From contig OX597838.1 of assembly GCA_951406725.2 (NCBI GenBank), forward strand, positions 23,188,001 to 23,252,000: DNA of 64,000 bases, given 5' to 3'. This document shows positions 27,599 to 40,292 of this stretch, piece by piece. Below the pieces are notes generated by a model. The model was not told where the DNA came from. It was given only the letters and a program-made list of their open reading frames with translations, and made no database searches. Within the stretch, counting starts at the first letter, position 1. Each line of letters begins with the position of its first letter. This stretch comes from Octopus vulgaris (taxonomy: Eukaryota). The position numbers were made by a program, and so were the translations under genes.

Positions 27599-27971
27599 GG
27601 TATGACGTGCAGTGCTATATTATGAAACATCATTATTTAATGTCTGTTTTCAATGCTGGCATGGGTTGGACGGTTTGACAGGAGCTGATAAGCCAGGAGG
27701 CTTACAGTCTACTCAGGGAGCGCAACAGTCTACTTTGGCATGGTTTCTATAGACGGATGCCCCTCCTAATGCCAACCACTTTACAGAGTGTACTGGGTGC
27801 TTTTTACGTGTTACACAGTGCTATTGAATATACAAACATTATCAAGCACAACATTGTTGATGATAGTGTATTAGTTTACAGGTGTGGCTGTTTGGTTGAG
27901 AAGCTTGTGGTCATTGGTTTAGTCCCACTACATGGCACCTTGGGCAAGTGTCTTCTAATATTGCCCTAGAC

Positions 27972-28203
27972 CAGGGTTTTTCAACCGTTTTTTTATCTCT
28001 GGATCCTCTTCATTTCTCTTTTATTTGTTTCAGTCATTTGACTGCAGCCATGCTGGAGCACCGCCTTTAGTCGAGCAAATCGACCCCAGGACTTATTCTT
28101 TGTAAGCCTAGTACTTATTCTATCAGTCTCTTTTGCCAAACCACTAAGTTTCGGGGACATAAACACACCAGTGATGTTGGGGGAACAAACACAAACACAT
28201 AAA

Positions 28204-28251
<48 letters not shown>

Positions 28252-28717
28252 CACACACACATATATACGATGGGCTCTTTAAGTTTCTGTCTACCAAATC
28301 CACTCACAAAGCTTTGGTTGGCCCGAGGCTATAGTTGACGACACTTGCCCAAGGTGCCACGCAGTGGGACTGAACCCAGAACCATGTGGTTGGTAAGCAA
28401 GCTACTTACCACACAGCCACTCCTGCACCATAGCATATTATTAGTATTTTATTCTGGTAGACCCCCCATAGCCATTCGATGTTTAAAATTATAGAAATTT
28501 CTTTCAAAATTCCTATTTTGGTTTCACATTAACCTGTGTAGGTGGAACTATGTAAAATGTTAAAGAAAGAAACCTATCTGCTTACAAAACATACTAATGC
28601 ATACATCTAAATTAAAAGTTTTTTAGGGGCCCTTAAAATATTTGTGAATTCCAAATTTACTATTTTATTACGTGGACCCTCCAAAAGTCTTATATGGACC
28701 CTGGTTTTGAACCACTA
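27972..28717. mobile_element. hAT (Charlie-like) MITE with 8-bp TSD CCCTAGAC
   Basis: TIRs CAGGGTTTTTCAACC / GGTTTTGAACCACTA; TSD at 27964-27971 and 28718-28725. Confidence 0.8.
28013..28428 (-). mobile_element. SINE family A nested in the hAT MITE
   Basis: Reverse complement of family A. Confidence 0.9.
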
Positions 28718-29157
28718 CCCTAGACTCGCAAAAGCCTTGTGAGTAGATTCCGTAGACAGAAATTGAACAAAGCCAGTCACATGCATGTTTATCCTTGTCT
28801 AGAATCACGTGATGGTTATAAACAACCATCGCCATCATACATGCAATGTTTCTAGGTTTCCATATTCGGATGGTGCTTTTTACATGTCACTGGCATGGGA
28901 GCCAGTCAGGGGTTACTGATATCAACCACATTCGGATGGTGCTTTTTACATCACTTGCACAGGAACCAGGCAGGAGGCACTGGCATTGACCACATTCACA
29001 TGGTGCTTTTTACATGTCACAGGCACGGGGAGCCAGTTAAGCAGCACTGGCTATGACTACAATTTCGATTTCACTTGTCTCAGCAGGTCTTCTCAAACAC
29101 CTCATATCACCCAACGCAATATTATTATTATCATTATTATTATTATCATCATCATCA

Positions 29158-29695
29158 CCGCCTTCCTTTACTCAGGAAGGAAAGTCTGTATTTATATGCT
29201 TGGTGACCATGGCGAAAGAGCTTGTATGGTGGACGAGATTGAAGGGGCTGAAGTCAAGCACTTTTCTCTTTGGCCGATCCCTGATCAACTTCTTCAAGTT
29301 TCACTTGAAGAAGAAAATAAGGAGAAAGAGGGAAGTGTTGTCTTGTAGCCAATTTGCTAAAAGGTGAATGAAGGCGGCGAGAATGGTGTGAGTGAACAGG
29401 CCTGCCTTGAGCATATGCCTGTAAGTTGGGAAAAAGGAAAGGAAAGAAAAAAAGCACTTGACCCAAAAGTCAGGGTACCCTTGGTTTATATGGGGTTTTT
29501 TTCATGAGCAGCCCTTTAAACATCTATTGAGGATCACACATTGTTGATTTTAAAAAAAATTTGTTGGCGCTGTTCACATGCAAAACCCTCACAACACCGC
29601 ACACTCACACACATACACACAGACACACTTTGTTTTGTCCTGTACTGTGCATAATGGTTTTCTTCATGCAAACCCTTGAGGTTAATAAAGAAATC
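29158..29695 (+). mobile_element. L1/Tx1-like LINE 3' end plus 3'UTR
   Basis: VFICLVTMAKELVWWTRLKG...INFFKFHLKKKIRRKR...FAKR resembles Tx1/L1 ORF2 C-termini; ends AATAAAGAAAT. Confidence 0.55.
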
Positions 29696-29891
29696 ATTTA
29701 GTAGTAGTAGTAATGGTGGTGGTGGTGGTGGCAGTAGTAGGTTTCATCATTTAGGATGTGTTTGTGTGTGTATTGTGTTGTGTTCCAGGCCACTAAATCA
29801 TTTGTTTCTTTGTTATTGTGGTCCAGTGCCTTTGTAGACAACATAGATATGTTGGAGATGTGTGTGTGTGTATATGTGAGTGTGTGTTGTC

Positions 29892-29935
<44 letters not shown>

Positions 29936-30039
29936 TGTACAGTTAGTTAAAAAAAAAAGTGAAAACCCGCCAGTTCTGTATCCAAATAACACTCACTGCA
30001 CTCAAACGATCTGGAAATTTCCGGATAAACAAGTTTTGC

Positions 30040-30767
30040 TCAAAACTTTCCCTTTCTTTCTCTCTCTATCACTCCTGCTTCCCTCTCTCTCACTTCTGCT
30101 TCCCTCTCACCCCTGTGTCCCTCTCTCTCCTGTTTCCATCTCCCTCTCTCTCACCTCTGCTTCCCTCTCTCTCACTTCTGCTTCCCTCTCTCTCACTTCT
30201 GCTTCCCTCTCTCTCCTGCTTCCCTCTCCCTCTCTCTCACTCCTGCTCCCCTCTCTCTCACTCCTGCTTCCCTCTCTCTCACCTCTGCTTCCCTCTCTCT
30301 CACTTCTGCTTCCCTCTCTCCTGCTTCTCCCCTCCCTCATTCCTGCTTTTCCCCTCTCTCGCTCTCTCTCTCTCTCTCCATTCTTCTCCCCTTCTCTCTA
30401 CATTTTCACTCTTTCTCTCATTCTCTAACTTTCAATCACTTTCTCTCCTTCCCCTTCCTTCACTACCTCTTTCTCTCTCTCTGTTACTTTACTCCCTCTT
30501 TTTCCCTCTCACTCTCTTGCTACATTCTCCCTCCCCTCTTTCTCTCAACACTCACCATCTTTCATACACTTTCCCTTGCTCTCCCTCTCCTCTCCTCTCT
30601 CTCTCACTATACTCCTCCTCTCTCTCTCACTATACTCCTCCTCTCTCTCTCTCACTATACTCCTCCTCTCTCTCTTGCTTTATTCTCCCCCCCCTATCTG
30701 TCTACACTTTCACTCTTTCTCTCTATCTTTCCTACACTCTTTTTCTCTCCCTGTCTTCTCTTTCTCC

Positions 30768-30799
<32 letters not shown>

Positions 30800-30815
30800 A
30801 CCTCTTCTTTTCTTC
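30040..30815. repeat. CT-rich minisatellite (about 21-bp CTCTCTCACTTCTGCTTCCCT units) and polypyrimidine tract
   Basis: Directly visible. Confidence 0.9.
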
Positions 30816-31504
30816 TTATTTCTAATAACATTGAATCTTTTTATTTGCTTTCTCCCATGGAAAAAAAAAAATTTTTTTCCAAATTTAAACTTTTTTTTTC
30901 ATTTCAAAACAAAATTAAACTTGAGTTTTCGATTTATTTTTGTTCAAAAAAATTTCATTTGATTCACTTCACTTGTACAACAATTGTTGGCTTTTTGTGA
31001 AAGTTTGTACTAGTGGTGTTGGCATTGGTGATGGATGGTAGTTGTAGTAATGGTGGCAGTGTTGTGAGGTGTGGGGGGGGGGTTGTAAAGTGGTTAGATG
31101 GCCACAGCTGGGATACCTCTATTCATGGGGCCCCGCTGCTAGCCACCGAGTACTGAGCTGACATGAGACAACCATAGTGTTTTATTGCTTGTGCAAAATC
31201 AGGTTACCACAAAGAAACTAAACGTTCCTAGCTACCATCCATTTTGCATCACCCCCCCATCACCATCACTACCATCATCATCATCATCAATGTAAGTTTG
31301 ACATTGTGATTCTGTGGTACCTTTTCTTTTTGTTTTATTCTTTTATCTGGTTTTCATTAGACTGTGGCCATGCTAGGGCACCACCTTGAAGACCTTTTAG
31401 TCGAATGAATCAATTCAGTACTTTTGATTTTTTTTTTTTTTTTTTTTTTGATAGCCTGATAGTTATTCCGTTGGTCTCTTTTGCCAAATCGCTAAGTCCT
31501 CTAT

Positions 31505-31805
31505 CCGATCAGTCAAAGTCGACTTTCGGTCACTCGGTTCAGTGTCCTCCAGTCAGTTCTATCCTGGGCCGCTTCCTTCAGATTGGCCATGTCCATTCCG
31601 GTATCACTCCTGATGGTGTCAAGCCAACGGGTTCTTGGTCGGCCTCTTCCTCTCTTGCCACTGACCATTCCGAGCATGATGTCCTTCTCCAAGGATTTTC
31701 TCCACATAATATGACCGAAATATGCCAATCCACGCTTGGTGATCCCAGCTTCTAGCGACATTTTCGGCCTTATCTGCTTAAGAACTTCTCCATTGGTGAG
31801 TCTCA
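31505..31805 (-). mobile_element. RTE (BovB-like) LINE 3' end inserted in a family A SINE
   Basis: TNGEVL...LAYFGHIMWRKSLEKDIMLGMVSGKRGRGRPRTRWLDTI. Confidence 0.9.
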
Positions 31806-32364
31806 CTAAGTTACAAGCTGGTAAATTCACCAACACTGGTTGTCAAGTGGTGGTGGGGAATAATGACACACATACATACAACGGGATTCTTTCAGTTTCC
31901 ATCTACCAAAAATCACTCACAAGACTTTGTTCAGCTCGAGGCTACTGTAGAAGACACTTGCCCAAGGTGTCATGCAGTGAGACTGAATCTGGAACCATGT
32001 GGTTGGGAAGCAAGCTTCTTACCACAATTTTTGGTAATTCTGATGGACCAGATTTATATTTGGTTGGGGAGAGAGTGGCTGGGGGAGGGGCAGAAATTTA
32101 TAGATTTTTCACAGTTGTAATGAAATTGATCATGTGACTCATGTAGAAACTCTTTGTTTGCAGTCTGTGTTTGTTATATGAATATTAGGTGCTGGCGTGG
32201 CTGTGCGCTTAGAAAAGTTTTCTTCCCAACCACATGGTTTTGAGTTCAGCCCCACTGCATGGCACTTGGGCAAGTGTCATCTACTGTAACCTTGGGCTGA
32301 CCAGAGACATGTGAGTCGATTTGGTGGTTGAGAACTGAAAGAAGCTTGTCTTCATCATCATCAT

Positions 32365-32705
32365 CATTGTTTAGCATCCGCTTTCCATGCTGGCATGGGT
32401 TGGATGGTTTGACTGGGGACTGGTGAGCCAGATGGGTGCACCAGGCTCAAATCTGATCTGGCAGAGTTTCTGCAGCTGGATGCCCTTCCTAATGCCAACC
32501 ACTCCGAGAGTGTAGTGGGTGCTTTTACGTGCCACCGGCATGAGGGCCAGTCAGGCAGTACTGGCAACGGCCACGCTCAAATGGTGCTTTTTATGTGCCA
32601 CTTGCACAGGAGCCAGTCCAGTGGCACTGGCAATGCCCTTGCTCGAATGTTGTTTTTCACATACCACCGGCACAAGTACCAGCAAGGCGACACTGGTAAC
32701 GATGT
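32365..32705 (-). mobile_element. Non-autonomous retroelement with (GAT)n tail and internal GGTGCTTTTACGTGCCAC repeats (family D)
   Basis: Related copies at 27630-27810, 28860-29110, 45620-46060, 55880-56020 and 63020-63225. Confidence 0.65.
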
Positions 32706-33359
32706 GACGCTGGTAATGACATATATAATTTAATATACACTAATTAAAGAGCTATTAAATTAAATCAAAAGGCCCAACACTCAAAAGGTGTTCTTTACAT
32801 GCCACCAGCACTTGGCTTGACAGGTCCTTTCAAGCATAGCACATCGCCAAAGGTCTTGGTCACTATGTATGTGTGTATCTGTATATATACACACACACAC
32901 ATACATGCATAGGCATGACAAGGTGTGCCTGTGAGGTGAGAACCTTGCACCCAACCACATGCTTCTGGGTTCACTTCCACTCTGTGGTTCCTTGGGAAAG
33001 CTTTTTCTTTCTACTGTAACTCCAGGCGGATCAAAACCTTGTGAATGATTTTTATAGACAGAAACTGAAAGAAGCCTGTCACACACACACACATGCACAC
33101 ACGTCTGTAAGTGGAACAGTAAAACTATGCAAGACTTTTCTGAGGTTTAAACTGTGACATTGTTTTCGTTATCTACATTCCAGTGGACATTTGTTAATTA
33201 AAAAAGGGAAAGGACTAATATAGTAATTAGCTGGTTGTGTGACTTAGGTTGAAGGTCTTTAGTTGGTCTGTGTTGGTCTGAGGATTACGACATCCTGACT
33301 TAAAGATAATATGGACCTCTTGGTTAATTTTTTAAGAAGTCTCTTTCATAGATATTTCC

Positions 33360-34230
33360 TTTGATTGATCCGTCTCCTATCAATTTCTCTGTCTCCTTTT
33401 ATTGATTTGTCTGTTTGCCTGCATCCTTCCATTGATTTGTCTGTCTCCTATTGATCTGTTTGTCTGTCTCCTTTTATTGATTTGTCTGTTTGTCTCCTAT
33501 TGACCTGCTTGTCTGTCTCCTATTGATCTGTTTGTCTGTCTCCTATTGATCTGTTTGTCTGTCTCCTATTGATCTATTTGTCTGTCTCCTATTGATCTGT
33601 TTGTCTCCTATTGATCTGTTTGTCTGTCTCCTTTTATTGATTTGTCTGTTTGTCTCCTATTGATCTGTTTGTCTGTCTCCTATTGATCTGTTTGTCTGTC
33701 ACCTATTGATCTGTTTGTCTGTCTCCTATTGACCTGCTTGTCTGTCCCCTCCTATTAACCTGCTTGTCTGTCCCCTCCTATTGACCTGCTTGCCTGTCCC
33801 CTCCTATTGACCTGCTTGTCTATCCCCTCCTATTAACCTGCTTGTCTATCCCCTCCTATTGACCTGCTTGTCTGTCCCTTCCTATTGACCTGCTTGTCTG
33901 TCCCCTCCTATTAACCTGCTTGTCTGTCCCCTCCTATTAACCTGCTTGTCTGTCCCCTCCTATTGACCTGCTTGTCTGTCCCCTCCTATTAACCTGCTTG
34001 TCTGTCCCCTCCTATTGACCTGCTTGTCTGTCCCTTCCTATTGACCTGCTTGTCTGTCCCCTCCTGTTGACCTGCTTGTCTGTCCCCTCCTGTTGACCTG
34101 CTTGTCTGTCCCCTCCTATTGACCTGCTTGTCTGTCCCCTCCTATTGACCTGCTTGTCTGTCCCCTCCTATTGACCTGCTTGTCTGTCCCCTCCTATTGA
34201 CCTGCTTGTCTGTCCCCTCTTATTGATTTT
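33360..34230. repeat. Minisatellite grading from a 23-bp to a 26-bp unit
   Basis: CTATTGATCTGTTTGTCTGTCTC units change to CTATTGACCTGCTTGTCTGTCCCCTC units near 33725. Confidence 0.95.
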
Positions 34231-34929
34231 TCCATCTCTATATAACAATTGATCCATTCATCCTTTTCTGGCTTTCTCTCTCCCCACCGCCCATAAATCT
34301 GTTTATCCCTCCACCACCGTGTACCACCTGTCTGTCTCTCAGTCTACCTGTATACTCCCCCACATGCTTTCACCCCTATCCCCATCAAACACTGCCATAC
34401 TCCCTCCACCCTAGCTACCATTACCACTGTATACTAGTTTTTCAGTTTGTCTTACCCATACGGTGCAAAGTGTCTGGTTTTGGAAAATAAACAAACATCA
34501 GTAACTATAAATAAACCTTTAGAAAACAACAAAGTCAACAAAACTTGTCCATCTGCCTCTCCTCTTCAACATAGCTAGTGCGATAGGGTTGGCTCAGATC
34601 GACCCCTACCTGTATTTTGCCTGTGATCACTGTCCCTGGATCCTTTATCTTTCTTGTCTTTTATCTTATTTCAGTTATAGGATTGCAGCCATGCTGGGGC
34701 ATCACCCATCTTGAAGGGTTTGGTTAAACAAATCAATCTCAGCATGTATTTTCTTTAATGTCTGGCACTTGTTTTATCGGTCTCTTTTGCTGAACTGCTA
34801 AGTTACCAGGATATAAACAAGCCAACACCATTTATCAGGAACAGTGATTTGCTTTATTTGCAAAAGGAGTGACTGATGGAGAGGTCATTATAGAGACAGA
34901 TTACAAAGTATCAGGCTGTACATTTTTTT

Positions 34930-35200
34930 GTGACCCCCTTCGGTCAGACACTGACCATGGGTTTGCACCTAGAGAGTTACCCTCTGAGGCACAAGTCTGG
35001 GCAAGATTGTTTTGTTTTTTTTTATGGAAGACCAGCAGTCGCCCATGCATACCGGCCTTCCCTCTCCATGTCACTGATGTTGTCCAAGGGAAAGGCAAGG
35101 GTCGATACAGCTTGGCACCTGTGACGTCGCAACTCATTTCTACAGCTGAGTGAACTGGAGCAACGTGAAATAAAGTGTCTTGCTCAAGAACACAACACAC
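34930..35200 (-). mobile_element. SINE body and tail (family C-related core)
   Basis: GTGTTCTTGAGCAAGACACTTTATTTCACGTTGCTCCAGTTCACTCAGCTG core shared with 21330-21380 and 42860-42920. Confidence 0.75.
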
Positions 35201-35218
35201 AAGAAATCAGTAAAAAGT

Positions 35219-37468
35219 AAAAGCCACAAATGTTTTGTGGAGAGGCACGTTGATTTGAACTCAGAACATAAAATGAGCAAAATGCAACAAAGCATTTTAC
35301 CAGGCGTGCTAACGATTCTGCCAACTTGCCACCTTTAATGATAAATAAAGTAATTAAATAACGGTTTCTCTCAGACCTAAAGCCACAAATGTTTTGTGGA
35401 GAGGCATGTTGATTTGAACTCAGAACATAAAATGAACAAAATGCAACAAAGCATTTTACCAGGCGTGCTAACGATTCTGCCAACTTGCCACCTTTAATGA
35501 TAAATAAAGTAATTAAATAACGGTTTCTCTCAGACCTAAAGCCACAAATGTTTTGTGGAGAGGCATGTTGATTTGAACTCAGAACATAAAATGAACAAAA
35601 TGCAACAAAGCATTTTACCAGGCGTGCTAACGATTCTGCCAACTTGCCACCTTTAATGATAAATAAAGTAATTAAATAACGGTTTCTCTCAGACCTAAAG
35701 CCACAAATGTTTTGTGGAGAGGCATGTTGATTTGAACTCAGAACATAAAATGAACAAAATGCAACAAAGCATTTTACCAGGCGTGCTAACGATTCTGCCA
35801 ACTTGCCACCTTTAATGATAAATAAAGTAATTAAATAACGGTTTCTCTCAGACCTAAAGCCACAAATGTTTTGTGGAGAGGCATGTTGATTTGAACTCAG
35901 AACATAAAATGAACAAAATGCAACAAAGCATTTTACCAGGCGTGCTAACGATTCTGCCAACTTGCCGCCTTTAATGATAAATAAAGTAATTAAATAACGG
36001 TTTCTCTCAGACCTAAAGCCACAAATGTTTTGTGGAGAGGCACGTTGATTTGAACTCAGAACATAAAATGAGCAAAATGCGACAAAGCATTTTACCAGGC
36101 GTGCTAACGATTCTGCCAACTTGCCGCCTTTAATGATAAATAAAGTAATTAAATAACGGTTTCTCTCAGACCTAAAGCCACAAATGTTTTGTGGAGAGGC
36201 ATGTTGATTTGAACTCAGAACATAAAATGAACAAAATGCAACAAAGCATTTTACCAGGCGTGCTAACGATTCTGCCAACTTGCCACCTTTAATGATAAAT
36301 AAAGTAATTAAATAACGGTTTCTCTCAGACCTAAAGCCACAAATGTTTTGTGGAGAGGCACGTTGATTTGAACTCAACATAAAATGAACAAAATGCAACA
36401 AAGCATTTTACCAGGCGTGCTAACGATTCTGCCAACTTGCCACCTTTAATGATAAATAAAGTAATTAAATAACGGTTTCTCTCAGACCTAAAGCCACAAA
36501 TGTTTTGTGGAGAGGCACGTTGATTTGAACTCAGAACATAAAATGAACAAAATGCAACAAAGCATTTTACCAGGCGTGCTAACGATTCTGCCAACTTGCC
36601 ACCTTTAATGATAAATAAAGTAATTAAATAACGGTTTCTCTCAGACCTAAAGCCACAAATGTTTTGTGGAGAGGCACGTTGATTTGAACTCAGAACATAA
36701 AATGAACAAAATGCAACAAAGCATTTTACCAGGCGTGCTAACGATTCTGCCAACTTGCCACCTTTAATGATAAATAAAGTAATTAAATAACGGTTTCTCT
36801 CAGACCTAAAGCCACAAATGTTTTGTGGAGAGGCACGTTGATTTGAACTCAGAACATAAAATGAACAAAATGCAACAAAGCATTTTACCAGGCGTGCTAA
36901 CGATTCTGCCAACTTGCCACCTTTAATGATAAATAAAGTAATTAAATAACGGTTTCTCTCAGACCTAAAGCCACAAATGTTTTGTGGAGAGGCACGTTGA
37001 TTTGAACTCAGAACATAAAATGAACAAAATGCAACAAAGCATTTTACCAGGCGTGCTAACGATTCTGCCAACTTGCCACCTTTAATGATAAATAAAGTAA
37101 TTAAATAACGGTTTCTCTCAGACCTAAAGCCACAAATGTTTTGTGGAGAGGCACGTTGATTTGAACTCAGAACATAAAATGAACAAAATGCAACAAAGCA
37201 TTTTACCAGGCGTGCTAACGATTCTGCCAACTTGCCACCTTTAATGATAAATAAAGTAATTAAATAACGGTTTCTCTCAGACCTAAAGCCACAAATGTTT
37301 TGTGGAGAGGCACGTTGATTTGAACTCAGAACATAAAATGAACAAAATGCGACAAAGCATTTTACCAGGCGTGCTAACGATTCTGCCAACTTGCCGCCTT
37401 TAATGATAAATAAAGTAATTAAATAATGGTTTCTCTCAGACCTAAAGCCACAAATGTTTGGTGGAGAG
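35219..37468 (-). repeat. Tandem satellite of about 14 x 159 bp, each unit containing a family B SINE head
   Basis: AAGCCACAAA at 35221 and 35380 gives period 159; units nearly identical; 2-nt deletion in the unit near 36375. Confidence 0.95.
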
Positions 37469-38251
37469 AGGCACAATCACCTGTGTCACACCCCACTCAC
37501 ACCGCCACACTCGTTTCTCTGCTATTTATTTTATCGATCATTTATATTTTATAAGCCATTGATTCTTCCGCCAGCATGTTATCAACCTGGTTGGCTTTGT
37601 TGTCTGTCTCCTGTTTGAAACATGTCCGATAGTCTGCCTGCTTACCTGTATGACTGTCTGTCTGTCTGTCCGTCCGGGCCACCTGCCTGTATGTCTGTCT
37701 GTTCATCTGTTATGATTGTCCTCTCTCTCTCCCTCCCTCCTCCTCCCTCTCTCTCTCCCTCCCTCCTCCTCCCTCTCTCTCTCCCTCCCTCCTCCTCCCT
37801 CTCTCCCCCCCCTTACCACCTCTGTACACAGTCTTTCAATAGTGTCCTGTCTCCTTGGTAATATTGTTTCTTTGACTCTCTCTCTCTCTATCTCCTTCCT
37901 CGTGGCCACCACCCTCAGAATTTTTTTTTTTTTATCTATCGATTTATCTATACATTTCATTTCATTCAACCATCAGGCACTTATGATTACAACTATTTAT
38001 TATTATTATCATCATTATTATTTCTAGGTTTTTGTAATATTTTCCCCAAAGCCTATTGGTCACAGCTGACTTCACTTCCATACTTTGCTGTCTTACTACT
38101 ACTACTACTACTACTACTACTACAATAATTATTATTACTGCTGTGACCACCATAACACATTTTTGTTACTCCTGGTTTCTTCAGTTTTATACTGGTTAGA
38201 AACAAATAACTCTTGAATGTGAAATATATATATACATATATATGTGTGTGC

Positions 38252-38294
<43 letters not shown>

Positions 38295-38467
38295 GTGTAT
38301 CAATTTATATATATATATAAAGTGTTGTATCAATTTATATATATATATATATATAAAATATTAATTAGAGACAAAACCACTATTATGCAAATCAAACAAA
38401 GAAAGACTTAATCCAATACATAAAATTTTTTATATAAATTAAATATAATTAAGATTAATTAAGATAT

Positions 38468-38513
38468 CCACTACGATCGTTTCTTGTCACTTCATTGGAC
38501 ATTCATCAGGTGG
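38468..38513 (-). ncRNA. Type I minimal hammerhead ribozyme with canonical core, in a (TA)n-flanked element (about 38355-38575)
   Basis: Minus strand reads ccac CTGATGA a tgtc caatgaagt gaca a GAAA C gatc G TA gtgg: stem I ccac/gtgg, stem II tgtc/gaca, palindromic stem III ACGATCGT. Confidence 0.85.
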
Positions 38514-38719
38514 TTTTAAGACCTTCTATGCAATTTTGATTTTCCCTGTAAATTTGGATTTATTCCCTAATATTTATTATTATATATATATGTATATATA
38601 TATATATAAAGTGTGTATCTCTCTCTATATATAAAGTATGTGCGTGTACATATATATATATTACAGAGATGTACTTGCATAGCTAGTGACCTGATCTGAG
38701 ATCGTATGCTGGAACGAAA

Positions 38720-39007
38720 ACAATTGCAGCGTGGAAGGTGTTTATAAGCCATTTACGAAACACACAAAATCTGTTAGATTCACTTCAACATTTAAATTTA
38801 ATTTGTCAAAATATTTTCGTCACTTTGAGTCCGCGACCTGTTCGCTGACAAAATTCCAAGATGCAGCACGGAATTTTATCAGTGAACAGGTCGCGATCTC
38901 AAAGCGACGAAAATATTTTGACAAATTAAATTTAAATGTTGAAGTGAATCTAATGTTTTTCGTGTGTTTCGTAAATGGCTTATAAACACCTTCCATGCTG
39001 CAATTGT
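38720..39007. repeat. Near-perfect fold-back of about 290 bp
   Basis: ACAATTGCAGCGTGGAAGGTGTTTATAAGCC...AAATTCC / GGAATTTT...GGCTTATAAACACCTTCCATGCTGCAATTGT; loop about 38858-38869. Confidence 0.95.
38872..38927 (+). ncRNA. Variant hammerhead motif with G3-C8 core; mirror copy at 38800-38855 (-)
   Basis: tttatca GTGAACA g gtcgc gatctcaaa gcgac GAAA atat TT tgacaaa. Confidence 0.55.
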
Positions 39008-39110
39008 TATATATATATAAAAGGAAAGTTTACGAAAATAAACAAAAGACGAAAGCAGGTGGAGTACAAACAAACAAATGTATTAGTATAGCGCTCAGGA
39101 ATAGAAAAAG

Positions 39111-39145
39111 TCTTATGTTTCAAGCCTACGCTCTTCGACAGAAAG
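39111..39145 (-). ncRNA. HHR motif, CTGTCGA-core family (element about 39020-39210)
   Basis: Minus strand reads cttt CTGTCGA a gagc gtag gctt GAAAC ATA aga. Confidence 0.5.
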
Positions 39146-39443
39146 ATACACGGAAAAAAACAAGGAGAGAAAAAAAATGCATGTAGGAGCTAACGATCTA
39201 TCATGGTGTCCCTGTTTAAATATATATATATATATAGCAAGGGTTAGACAAATATATGTTGAGGCAGTGTTTTAAACTCCTAGTCCCCCCCCCGTCACAT
39301 TCGCTTGGTCTCTTATTCCACACATCTTCATAAGCGCAGAGACCGTATAATTTGTGAATTAGGGAAATGACATCACCACCACTTGTAGTTCAATATTTTT
39401 GAGGGAGCAGAAATATAAACGAGCACTAAAACACATTCTTATA

Positions 39444-39660
39444 TGAGCAGGTGCTGAAAAGTTCCTGGCTTTAAGGGTCTCACAAAAGGCTTGGTTGGAG
39501 GCCCAACCTTCTATGTTCTTTTACAAGGTTTAGAAAAACTGAAAGACTTCTGCAATAAGTGTGCGAATCTGAGAAGGGAATATGGTCGGTAAAATCATAA
39601 TTAACTGATGCTCCTATATTTTCTTTTATCCAAAGCCATGAACTTTTCAGTATCCCCTCG
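39444..39660. mobile_element. mariner-type MITE
   Basis: TA|TGAGCAGGTGCTGAAAAGTTCCTGGCTTT ... AAAGCCATGAACTTTTCAGTATCCCCTCG TIRs. Confidence 0.75.
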
Positions 39661-40084
39661 TGTGTGTGTATATGTGTGTATGTGTGTGTGTGTGTGTTTG
39701 TATATATATCCCAACATGCATATGTCCATGATGCAAACGATTCTACCAGCTTAATATAGCAATGACAGTTTTAATTTCAAATTTTGGCACAAGGCCAGCA
39801 ATTTTTTTTGGGTGGGGGGGATAAGTTGATTAGATTGACCCCAGTGCTCAGCTGGTACTGATTTTATTGACCCCAAAAAGACGGAGGTCAGAGTTGACCT
39901 TGGTGGAATTTGAACTCAGAACGTAAAGATGAGCGAAATGCTGCTAAGCATTTTGCCCATCATACGATCAATTCTGCCAGCTCTCCACTTTACTGATTAA
40001 TAGAACATCACTTTCAAGTTTTGACCCAAGGCCAGCAATTTCTGGTGGGGTTGGATAGGTTGACTAGTTCGACCCCAGTGCTGT

Positions 40085-40243
40085 AGGCATGGGAGTGGCT
40101 GTGTGGTAAGTAGTTTGCTCAGCAACCACATGGTTCCGGGTTCAGTCCCACTGCGTGGCACCTTGGGCAAGTGTCTTCTACTATAGCCTCAGGCCGACCA
40201 AAGCCTTGTGAGTGGATTTGGTAGACGGAAGAAGCCCGTCGTA

Positions 40244-40292
<49 letters not shown>

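Noticed and set aside
35184-37476. 405-aa and 381-aa repeat ORFs
   Set aside because: Result of a 159-bp (3n) stop-free unit derived from a SINE head; frame broken by a 2-nt deletion; no protein-family features
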